Shown: positions 11,646 through 22,300 of the stretch, in pieces | How the letters are laid out: every line of letters starts with the position of its first letter | Numbering within the stretch: the stretch's first letter is position 1 | Assembly (NCBI RefSeq): GCF_963921235.1 | Contig: NC_086108.1 | Span: 3,906,001 to 3,970,000, forward strand | DNA: 64,000 nt | Direction of reading: 5' to 3' | From: Mobula hypostoma | Lineage: Eukaryota | Position numbers and translations under genes: made by a program | Notes under the pieces: generated by a model | Seen by the model: only the letters and a program-made list of their open reading frames with translations | Told to the model about the DNA's origin: nothing | Database searches by the model: none

Positions 11646-13510
11646 TGACCACAAAACATAGGAGGAAAAAACAGGCCATTCAGCCCTTCGAGTCTGCTCT
11701 GCCAATCCATCATGGTTGATCCCAGATCCCACTCAACCCCATACACCTGCCTTCTCGCCATATCCTTTGATGCCCTGACCGATCAGGAAACTATCAATTT
11801 CCACTCTAAGTAAACCCAGGGACTTGGCCTCCACTGCAGTCTGTGGCAGAGTATTCCACAGATTAACTACTCTCTGGCTAAAAAAAAATCCTACTTACTT
11901 CTGTTCTAATTTTGAGGCTGTACCCCCACCAAAAGGAAACATCCTCACCACATCCACCTTATCTAGTCCTTTCAACATTTGGTAGGTTTCAATGAGATTC
12001 CCCTCCCGCCCCCCCCCCCCACATTCTTCGAAATTTCCAGTGAGTACAGGCCCAAAGCTGCCAAACAAACACTCCTCATATGTTAACCCCTTCATTCACT
12101 GTCATCCTCATGAACCCCTCTGGACTCTCTCTAATGACAACACATCCTTTCTGAGATATGGGGCCCAAAACTGTTGACAATACTCCAACTGCAGCCTGAC
12201 TAGTGTCGTATAAAGGCTCAGGATTATCTCCCTGCTTTTATATTCTGTTCCCCTTGAAATAAATGCCAACATTGCACTTGCCTTCTTTACCACAGACTCA
12301 ACCTGTAAATTAACTTTCTGGAAGTCTTGCATAAGGATTCCCAAGTCCCTGTTTAAAATTTCTTCCTCTTTAGATGATAGTCTGCACTATTGTTCCTTTT
12401 ACCAAAATACATTACCATCCATTTCCTACACTGTATTCCATCTGCCACTTTTTTGCCCATTCTACCTCAGCACTACCTACCCCTCCACCTATCATCGACA
12501 AACTTTGCCACAAGGCCATCAATTCCATTATCTAAATCGTTGAAAAACAATGTGAAAAGTAGCGGTCCCAATACTGACCCTTGAGGAACACCACTAGTCA
12601 CTGGCAGCCAACCAGAAAACGGTCCTATTTATTCCCACTCACTGCCTCCTGCCTGTCAGCCATTCCTCTATCCATGCCAGTATCTTTCCTGAATCCAATC
12701 ATATTATGATCACTGCCTCCGAAGGGTTCCTTCATGTTAAGCTCCCTAATAAGATCTGGGTTGTTACACAACACCCAATCTAAGATAGCCTTTCCCCGAG
12801 TAGGCTCAAGCACAACCTGCTCTAAAAAGCCATCTGGCAGGTATTCAACAAATTCCATCTCTTGCAACCTGATTTTCCAACTCCCCTTATGTGCTGAAGT
12901 CTTCCATTACAATTATGACATGCCTTTTCCAACCCCACATTTTAGCTACAATTTGGAGGCCTTTTTATGGTTTCCCATAATGTTTTTTTTTGCTGTTTCT
13001 AAACTCCACCCACGAAGGTTTAACATTCTCTGACCCTATGTCACCTCTTTCTAAAGATGTAATTCCATCTCTTACCAACAGAACCACACCACCACCTATG
13101 CCTTACTGCCTGTCCTTTCAATACACAGTATATCCTTTGATGTTAAGCTCCCAACCGTTGGCCTTCTTTCAGCCATGACTCAGTGATGCCTGCAATGTCA
13201 TTCCGACCAATCTCTAATTGCGCCACAAGTTCATCCATCTTATTCTGAATACTATGCGCATTTACATACAGCACATTCAGTCCTACATTCCTCACCCTTT
13301 TGAATTTTGCCTCTGGTACAATGTAACTCTGTCTACACTTGTATCCAATCATTGGCTTGTCCTTCCTTACATTCATGTTATATCATCTACTTGTAAACCT
13401 GCTGGCTCATCCTCAGCTCTGTCAAACTGGTTCCTATCCTCCTGCCATATTAGTTTAAACCACTCCCAACAGCTGTAATAAATTTGCCCACGAGGATATT
13501 AATCCCCCGC
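11645..13510 (-). mobile_element. Degenerate, internally deleted CR1 LINE
   Basis: APE motifs (LYVNAHSIQNK..ITESWL, GSDHNMI) and RT C-terminal motifs (YCQQFWAPYLRKD). Confidence 0.88.
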
Positions 13511-14268
13511 AGATCATCTTCTTCTTCTGTTGTTTTATGGTGGTTGGCAAACCAGCTTTAAGGTGCATTACTGCCACCTGCTAGACTTGTGGTGTTCCGT
13601 TTTCAACCAAGTATGTCCTGGAGTACTCTACTTTAGCCAACCTAGTTCAGCCTGCAGATCTCTGTTTGCATCACACTGTAATTGCAATTCCTCTTGCGAA
13701 TGCTGTATGCGCTCATTAGATAGCAGTGCCACAAACTGTGTTCCTTCCCGAGTTTTTGTCACATGGTTTGCAAGTAATTGCATTACCTCAATTACATTGA
13801 TTTTATCTGCATCATTTGTAAGACTAAAATCTTCTTGTTTAAGAATATTAATTATCGCATGCTTCACTTTTAAAATTGCTGTTTTTCAGGTCTATCTGCT
13901 ATTTCCAAGTTTTCCTTTCCTTGAATCATAGCCTGTAATTGTTTACTGAGTCTCGAAGTTCTTCATTTGTTTCCATGTTTTCATTTTATAATCTGAATGT
14001 AAATAATTCATTTTGCAACAATTCCTTTTCCTTTTGTAACTTTGTAATAAGTTCCTCCATTTCCAATCTCTTTTCCAACTCACAGTTGTTCTTATTGAGT
14101 ACTTCTATTTGTTGTTGGAGTTCTGCACAGTTACCCTGGGTTTCAACCATGTTTCTTGTATACATAAAATCTGAGGTGTTTCCTTAAGTTCTGATACATA
14201 TTTCTTAAATTCTTGACCATTTGCGATAAGACTCCTTGCATTCCATTGTAAAATATATACTGCCAATA

Positions 14269-14304
14269 AGTCCTGACGAAGGGTCTCGGCCTGAAACGTC
14301 GACT
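14269..14304 (+). ncRNA. Minimal type-I hammerhead ribozyme motif in a Penelope-derived short insert (14270-14400)
   Basis: AGTC-CTGACGA-A-GGGTCTCGGCCT-GAAAC-GTC-GACT: stem I AGTC/GACT, CUGANGA and GAAA cores, palindromic ACGU stem III, GUC triplet. Near-TSD CTGCCAATAA/CTGCCATTAA. Confidence 0.7.
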
Positions 14305-14695
14305 GCGCCTCTTCCTATAGATGCTGCCTGGCCTGCTGCGTTCACCAGCAACTTTGATGTGTGTTGCTTGAATTTCCAGCATCTGCAGAATTCCTGTTGT
14401 CTGCCATTAATATCCCGCCTCCCCTGCCTGTGAACAGTTTGATCCTCCATTCAGTGTCTCTGACTACTTCCCACCTAACCCCTGTAATACCAAGATATTT
14501 TTCTGCAGACTTGACTATAATCTTAATTTTTTTCAGTCCTTTTGTTTGTTTGCGCTCATAACACATCTACCCTAAATAAGCTTTAGTCGGCAATCTTTCT
14601 TCATCAAAGTTAATCATAACCGATAAACTATCACACTTTTTTCCGTTTCTTGTAACTTTCAAATGTTTGGTCTCAATAATTTTTGCTCCTTTTAT

Positions 14696-14914
14696 AAAAG
14701 TTGCTGGTGAACGCAGCAGGCCAGGCACCATCTGTAGGAAGAGGGACAGTCGACGTTTCAGGCCGAGCTCCTTCGTCCGTCCTGACGAAGGGTCTCGGCC
14801 CGAACTGTCGACTATACCTCTTGCTGGAGATGCTGCCTGGCCTGCTGCGTTCACCAGCAACTTTTATGTGTGTTGCTTGAAATTCCAGCATCTGCAGATT
14901 TCCTTGTGTTTGCG
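14696..14914. mobile_element. Head-to-head inverted Penelope pLTR-derived insert
   Basis: ~85-bp inverted arms around 14780; 14-bp TSD TTTGCTCCTTTTAT at 14682-14695 and 14915-14928. Confidence 0.85.
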
Positions 14915-15381
14915 TTTGCTCCTTTTATGTTCTGTTTAATCTCATCTACAGTAACTTTTGTTGGTATCCCTGAAATAACTCCTCTAGTCCACTTTCTATT
15001 GTTGGGTATTGAGCATTGTACTTTTTTGCCGTCTATTTTATTTAATCTTATCACTTTGCCTTGCTGAGCACTATCCTGACAAATCACTAATAGCGATGCA
15101 TTTCGTAAAATCTTTGCTCTTTTGACCTCGGCTATAAGTTTGTTGATTATCTTCGTCAAATGAAAAGAGTTCCAATCACCAAAAGACGCCCTGTCTTCGC
15201 TCAGTTTTATAATTGCTTTAATCTCATCTTTTTTCCATTGTTTTGCTATCCTATTTTGATCATCCCCTGACTCCTCAGAGTTTGACATCTCATACCTATG
15301 TTTTCTTTTCGTACTGTTTCCACTCCATTCCTCTTTCCCGCCAACCTCCATCTCTAACTCACTTCCACTATCTGGTTCACC

Positions 15382-15985
15382 TAGAAACCATAGAAACCAT
15401 AGAAAAACTACAGCACAGAAACAGGCCTTTTGGCCCTTCTTGGCTGTGCCGAACCATTTTTTTCCTAGTCCCACTGACCTGCACACGGACCATATCCCTT
15501 CATACACCTCCCATCCATGTATCTGTCCAATTTATTCTTAAATGTTAAAAAAGAACCCGCATTTACCACCTCGTCTGGCAGCTCATTCCATACTCCCACC
15601 ACTCTCTGCGTGAAGAAGCCCCTCCTAATGTTCCCTTTAAATTTTTCCCCCCTCACCCTTAACCCATGTCCTCTGGTTTTTTTCTCCCCTTGCCTTAGTG
15701 GAAAAAGCCTGCTTGCATTCACTCTATCTATACCCATCATAATTTTATATACCTCTATCAAATCTCCCCTCATTCTTCTACGCTCCAGGGAATAAAGTCC
15801 TAACCTATTCAATCTTTCTCTGTAACTTAGTTTCTCAAGTCCTGGCAATATCCTTGTAAACCTTCTCTGCACTCTTTCAATCTTATTTATATCCTTCCTG
15901 TAATTTGGTGACCAAAACTGAACACAATACTCCAGATTCGGCCTCACCAATGCCTTATACAACCTCATCATAACATTCCAGCTCT
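15382..15985 (-). mobile_element. CR1 LINE 3' fragment (same subfamily as 45093-45728)
   Basis: ORF 15465-15971 and a (TTTCTATGG)n tail. Confidence 0.92.
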
Positions 15986-16339
15986 ATGTAGAAAGTATTT
16001 CAAATACTTACTATATTCCATCACCAAGGGTACTTATTTCCACTGATTCCAAAATACAACCCCTCCCCCCACCTCTGTATTGTATATTCCCTGAGAAAAC
16101 TTTGCCGCCTTCATTTTTCCCTCCTGTTGAGATCCCCTGTGCACCAATATATCCTGAACTCCATTAACTGGATCATGACTGTCTCTCCTATTCCATTAGT
16201 TCCTTCCCAACACTAGATTCTTATCACTAACACTAAAAAATCCCTTCATATTGCTTTGTAACATCTCCACCTATGCTTCTGCTCATGAGATCTGAGTGGT
16301 CTCCGGAGTATTCATTTTGGTCCTACTCCTGACCAAAAC

Positions 16340-16635
16340 TCTCCCCGCCGCCTTACTCATCCTCTTCCCCCCCAGATCAAGTGCAACCTGTCCCTTTTGT
16401 ACAGGTCCCACCTGCCCCATAAGAGGTTCCAATAATCCAGAAATCTGAATCCCTGCCCCCTGCTCCAATTCTTCAGCCACGCATTTATCCTCCACCTCAT
16501 TCTATTCCTATCCTCACTGTCCCGTGGTACAGGCAGCAATCTGAGATTACTACCCTTGAGGTCCTGCTTCGTACCTTCCTCCCTAACTCCCTATATTCTT
16601 GTTTCAGGACCTCCTCCCTCTTTTTAAACCTGTGT
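16340..16635 (-). mobile_element. CR1 ORF1 esterase fragment
   Basis: NAWLKNWSRGQGFRFLDYWNLLWGRWDLYKRDRLHL. Confidence 0.8.
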
Positions 16636-16649
16636 CAATATGTGCCATC

Positions 16650-17060
16650 ACGTCTGTGAGTGGGCCCTTTCAGTGTGAGTAAAGGGGGTGAGTGGGCCCA
16701 ATGAAAGTGAGGAAAGGGAGGTAGTGGGCCCTGTGAGTGTGAGCAAAAGGCTGGTGGGCCCTGTGAGTGTGAGCAAAGTGTGTAGTGGTGAATGGGCCCA
16801 TTCAGTGAGTATGGGAGGAGGGTCCCTGTGAGAGCAGAGATGGGAGGGAGACGGGGCCTGGTGTGTGTGAGCAAGGGGGTGTGAGTGATGAGTCAGCCCA
16901 GTCAGTTAGTAAAGGGGGAGGGGGAGGGAGAGGGGGTTGGTGAGTGTGAGCCAAGGGCATTTTTCCCAGAGAGAGGAGGGCGGTCCCTACAAGTGTGAGT
17001 CTACAGTGAGTGAACGAACGCTGGTACAAGCTTCCCTGTGAGTATGGGCAGAGTGTGTTG
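16650..17060 (+). repeat. Degenerate GTGAGT/GGGCCC-rich low-complexity tract
   Basis: Repeated gtgagtgtgagc and gtgagtgggccc motifs related to the 10711-11645 array. Confidence 0.7.
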
Positions 17061-17245
17061 GTGGGTTTCTGGAGTTAGTGCAGACAAGTGTTTAAATGAC
17101 AGAACAGTTTCAAGGGGCCTTCTGCTGTCCTTATCGAATACCAGTCCCACCTGTTGCTGACTGCAGTGTGCATTTTGACTCTCGTGACCTCTGACCGCTA
17201 CATCTCCTTTGCTCGTTAACAACTGGCTGCCGTTTGGTTGCAGTG

Positions 17246-17422
17246 ATGTGGAGCGAGGTGGTCAGCGTCCTGCGCGGCGCTGCCCTGGTGGGCAAGGCTT
17301 TCGCGGAGACACGGGTGGATCAGCTGCGATTTTCTGCCTGCAACTCCGTGCTAAGCGTCGGGGTGAAGAAGGCACAAGTCTCCGCCGAGCAGTGCATCAG
17401 TTCTCTTCTTACGCAACGGCAG
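17246..17422 (+). CDS. COQ8B: COQ8B first coding exon (exon starts at 17244): MWSEVVSVLRGAALVGKAF...LLTQRQ, mitochondrial-targeting-like N-terminus
   Basis: Acceptor ttgcAG at 17242-17243, ATG at 17246, donor CAG|GTAAGG. 177 nt, phase 0. The MW....LRG start resembles COQ8B N-termini. Confidence 0.8.
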
Positions 17423-17657
17423 GTAAGGGCCTGGACGATGCTTTGTGTTGCTTGGTTGGGTGGTGGTCAAAGTGGCATTTTGCAGCTCGCATGAGATGCT
17501 TCAGCATCATTTTGACCCAGACATGCCAGGTTATGGATTTAGTCCTGTTATCATTGTCCAGGACATCTTCAAGGAGGGATGCCTCAAAGAGGTAGCAGTC
17601 ATCATTAAATCCCATATTACCCAGGACGTGCCCTCTTCTTATTGCGACCATCAGGGA

Positions 17658-18345
17658 GGATTAGATTAAATTAGATTAGATTATGAAGACATGCAGTCCT
17701 CTTTTATTGTCATTTAGTGATGCATGCATTAAGAAATGATACAATGTTCCTCCAGAATGATAATCACAGAAACACAAGACAAACCAAGACTAAAAAAAAC
17801 TGACAAAAACCACATAATTATAACATATAGTTACAACAGTGCAAAGCAATACCGTAATTTGATAAGAACAGACCATGGGCACGGTAAAAAATAGTCTCAA
17901 AGTCTCCCGAAAGTCCCATCATCTACGCAGACGGTAGAAGGAAGAAAAACTCTCCCTGCCATGAGCTTCCAGCGCTGCAAACTTGCCGATGCAGCACCCT
18001 GGAAGCACCCTGACCACAGCCGACTCTTGAGTCCTTCTGAAAACTTCGAGCCTCCGACCAGCCCTTCGACACCGAGCACCATCTCTGTCAAGCGCTTCGA
18101 CCCCGGCCCTGGCAACAGGCAATAGGCAAAGCCGAGGATTTGGGGCCTTCCCTCCAGAGATTCTCGATTGCACAGTAGCAGCAGCAGCGAAGCGGACATT
18201 TCAGAAGTTTCTCCAGATGTTCCTCCGTGCTTCTCACGTCCGTCTCCATCAAATCAGGACTGTGTACGGCATCCTACTTACAAATACGATATCATTTCGG
18301 AGCGACCACGCGCACTGCGTCGTGCGGCCATCTGCTCCTCCCCTC
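17658..18345 (-). mobile_element. ~680-bp non-autonomous retroelement with a (CTAAT)n tail; second copy on + at about 29410-30077
   Basis: The two copies are homologous over their full length; 5' AGATGGC-type start and pentanucleotide tail. Confidence 0.8.
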
Positions 18346-18629
18346 AGGAGCCTGAAGACACACACTCAGTGATTCAGGATCAGCTTCTTCCCCTCTGCCA
18401 TCTGATTTCTGAATGGACATTGAACCTGTCAACACTGACTCACTACTTTTTTAACATTTTTATTTTGACCTACTTATTTAATTTAGCTATTAAATATATA
18501 TAGTAACTGTAATTCAGTTTTTTCTATTATGTATTGCATTGTACTGCTGTTGCAGAGACAACAAATTTTACGACATATTCCAGTGATATTAAAGCTGATT
18601 CTGAAATTGACATACTGTATGTTGTGAGA

Positions 18630-18935
18630 TTCCCCCTTCTCCAGCCCCTTATCTCTTTCCAGCAATCCACTTACCAGCTTTTTATGTCACCTCCTCCCGC
18701 TTCCCCTCTCCTGGTTTCACCAATCAGCTACCATCTTGTACTTCTTCCTCCCCTCCACCCACCTTCTTACTCTCGACTATTCCCCCTCCTTTCCCGTCCT
18801 GATGAAGGGTCTTGGCTCAAAATGTCAACTGTTTACTCTTTTCCATAGAGTCTGCCTGGCCTGCTGAGTTCCTCCAGCATTTTGTGTGCAGTGCTTTGTG
18901 TCTTGAGCATCTGCAGATTGTTTTGTGTTTGTTGT
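18630..18935 (+). mobile_element. Penelope-like 3' fragment with a decayed hammerhead motif (~18799-18830)
   Basis: CTGATGAAGGGTCTTGGCTCAAAATGTC followed by the shared pLTR tail. Confidence 0.7.
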
Positions 18936-19333
18936 GAAATTTGTTGTTTTGTGGGAACAGTACAGTGCAAGGCAATAAAATCACTAAGAGACATCAATCA
19001 ATCAGTAATTAATTTGAAAGAGGAATAGTGAGGTAGAGGCACTCATGGACTGTTCAGAACTCTGCTGGTGGAGGGGACGAAGCTGTTCCTAAATTGTTCA
19101 CTGAGTGTGCACCTCCTCTCTGATGGAGGAGTAATGAGAAGGGGGCATGTTCTGGGTGGGGAGGGTCCTTAATGATGGATGCTGCCTTCTTGAGGCAGCG
19201 CCTTTTGAAGGTGTCCTCGATGGTGGGGAGCATTCAGAATCAGGTGCTGTAAGTTACCAAAGATAAGGAATGCAAAAGAGGAACAGTGAGGTAGTGTTCT
19301 TTGGACTGTTGAGAAATCTGAAACACGCAAGAG

Positions 19334-22300
19334 CAGTGGTCCCCAACCACCGGGCTGCGGACGGGTACCGGGCCGCGAGGAAACTATGTGAGTCAACTGC
19401 ACCTTTCCTCATTCCCCGTCATGCCCACTGTTGAACTTGAACGCACGCAAGGTCATCAGTCGGTCATTAACCTACAACTACTCGATGAGTAAAAAATAAA
19501 CGTCGCTTGAGAGTTTCTTTGGAAGAGATGGTAGGGGACATAAAAGGCCTAACGATGATGATAACGCAGAGACAGCCGAGGCCGAGACTGCAAAAAAAAG
19601 AAAGCTTTCTTCAACAGAAAATACGACGAGTCATACATAAAATATGGCTTTATTGCGACCGGTGATTCGCACGCACCAAGCCCCCTGTGTGTGATATGTA
19701 GAGACAAGCTGTTTAATGAGGCAATGAAGCCTCAAAACTGCTTCGGAACCTTGAGTCCAAGCACCCTGCACTTAAAGAGAAACTCATTGAGTTTTTTGAG
19801 CGGAAAAAACGTGAGCAAGCGGGACAGAAGGAAGTGCTGAGAGACACCACCTCCATAAATGCTGCTGCTCTGAGAGCGTCGTACTTAGTGGCTGGCCGTA
19901 TTGCTAAGGCTAAGAAGCCTTTCACTGTTGGTGAAGAACTGACTCTGCCTGCTGCCAAGGACATGTGCCGTGAACTGTTGGGAGAAGCTGCAGCTAACAA
20001 GGTGGCACAGGTTTCTCTTTCAGCTACCACAGTTTCAAGGAGAATCAATGACATAGCGGAGGACATCGAAGCCCAGCTGTTGGAACGGCTTAATGAGTCT
20101 GGTTTCACTACCGAGTCAAAGAGGTTGCTTCTGAATGCCAGTCTACACACTGTGTCACACACAGGGAAATGCTGGCTAGCCGAAAAATGTCACCTGATCT
20201 TAACAGCATATTGAGTGACGTTGTTGAAGTTATCAATCACATCAAAGCAAAAGCCCTCAACTCACGTCTGTTTGAGCAGATTTGTGAGGAAATGGATGCA
20301 GAGCACAAACGCCTTCTCTTACACACTGAAGTCAGGTGACTATCAAGGGGGAGAGCCCTGGCCAGGGTTTTTGAGTTAAGAGAGCAGCTACAGAGATTTC
20401 TTTCAGGAATAAAGTTACCACTGGCAGCCCACTTCAGTGACAAGGAGTGGATAGCAAAACTCGCTAATCTGTGTGACATCTTCAACCCGCTCAATGAACT
20501 CAATTCGTCACTTCAGGGGAGAAACATAGAAACATAGAAAATAGGTGCAGGAGTAGGCCATTCGGCCCTTCGAGCCTGCACCGCCATTTATTATGATCAT
20601 GGATGATCATGGCTGATCATCCAACTCAGAACCCCGCCCCAGCCTTCCCTCCATACCCCCTGACCCCCGTAGCCACAAGGGCCATATCTAACTCCCTCTT
20701 AAATATAGCCAATGAACTGGCCTCAACTGTTTCCTGTGGCAGAGAATTCCACAGATTCACCACTCTCTGTGTGAAGAAGATTTTCCTCATCTCGGTCCTA
20801 AAAGGCTTCCCCTCTATCCTCAAACTGTGGCCCCTCGTTCTGGACTTCCCCAACATCGGGGACAATCTTCCTGCATCTAGCCTGTCCAATCCCTTTAGGA
20901 TCTTATACGTTTCAATCAGATCCCCCCTCAATCTTCTAAATTCCAACGAGTACAAGCCCAGTTCATCCAGTCTTTCTTCATATGAAAGTCCTGCCATCCC
21001 AGGAATCAATCTGGTGAACCTTCTTTGTACTCCCTCTATGGCAAGGATGTCTTTCCTCAGATTAGGGGACCAAAACTGCACACAATACTCCAGGTGTGGT
21101 CTCACCAAGGCCTTGTACAACTGCAGTAGTACCTCCCTGCTCCTGTACTCGAATCCGCTCGCTATAAATGCCAGCATACCATTCACCTTTTTCACCGCCT
21201 GCTGTACCTGCATGCCCACTTTTAATGACTGGTGTATAATGACACCCAGGTCTCGCTGCACCTCCCCTTTTCCTAATCGGCCACCATTCAGATAATAATC
21301 TGTTTTCCTATTTTTGCCACCAAAGTGGATAACTTCACATTTATCCACATTAAATTGCATCTGCCATGAATTTGCCCACTCACACAACCTATCCAAGTCA
21401 CCCTGCATCCTCTTAGCATCCTCCTCACTGCTAACACTGCCACCCAGCTTCGTGTCATCTGCAAACTTGGAGATGCTGCATTTAATTCCCTCATCCAAGT
21501 CATTAATATATATTGTAAACAACTGGGGTCCCAGCACTGAGCCTTGCGGTACCCCACTAGTCACTGCCTGCCATTCTGAAAAGGTCCCGTTTATTCCCAC
21601 TCTTTGCTTCCTGTCTGCTAACCAATTCTCCACCCACACCAATACCTTACCCCCAATACCGTGTGCTTTAAGTTTGCACACTAATCTCCTGTGTGGGACC
21701 TTGTCAAAAGCCTTTTGAAAATCCAAATATACCACATCCACTGGTTCTCCCCTATCCACTCTACTAGTTACATCCTCAAAAAATTCTATGAGATTCGTCA
21801 GACATGATTTTCCTTTCACAAATCCATGCTGACTTTGTCCGATCATTTCACCGCTTTCCAAATGTGCTGTTATCACATCCTTGATAACTGACTCCAGCAG
21901 TTTCCCCACCACCGACGTTAGGCTAACCGGTCTATAATTCCCTGGTTTCTCTCTCCCTCCTTTTTTAAAAAGTGGAGTTACATTAGCCACCCTCCAATCC
22001 TCAGGAACTAGTCCAGAATCTAACGAGTTTTGAAAAATTATCACTAATGCATCCACTATTTCTTGGGCTACTTCCTTAAGCATTCTGGGATGCAGACCAT
22101 CTGGCCCTGGGGATTTATCTGCCTTCAATCCCTTCAATTTACCTAACCACTTCCCCACTAACATGTATTTTGCTCAGTTCCTCCATCTCACTGGACCCTC
22201 TGTCCCTTACTATTTCTGGAAGATTATTTATGTCCTCCTTAGTGAAGACAGAACCAAAGTAATTATTCAATTGGTCTGCCATGTCCTTGCTCCCCATAAT

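Larger units (their letters stand above)
14143..15378 (-). mobile_element. Nimb/I-clade LINE fragment: ORF1 and start of ORF2, interrupted twice by Penelope-derived inserts
   Basis: ORF1-like RGVISGIPTKVTVDEIKQNIKGA|KIIETKHLKVTRNG..SLSVMINFDEERLP. Manual translation of 14260-14143 gives the APE start YILQWNARSLIANGQEFKK..CIQETWLKP. Confidence 0.72.

Noticed and set aside
10482..11761. 350-416 aa Pro/His/Thr-rich ORFs on the minus strand
   Set aside because: Open in all three frames because the minisatellite lacks stops; an artefact.
14745..14812. Both arms of the palindromic insert as active hammerheads
   Set aside because: The minus arm has CGGACGA instead of CUGANGA and the plus arm has GAACUGUC instead of GAAACGUC, so both cores are defective.
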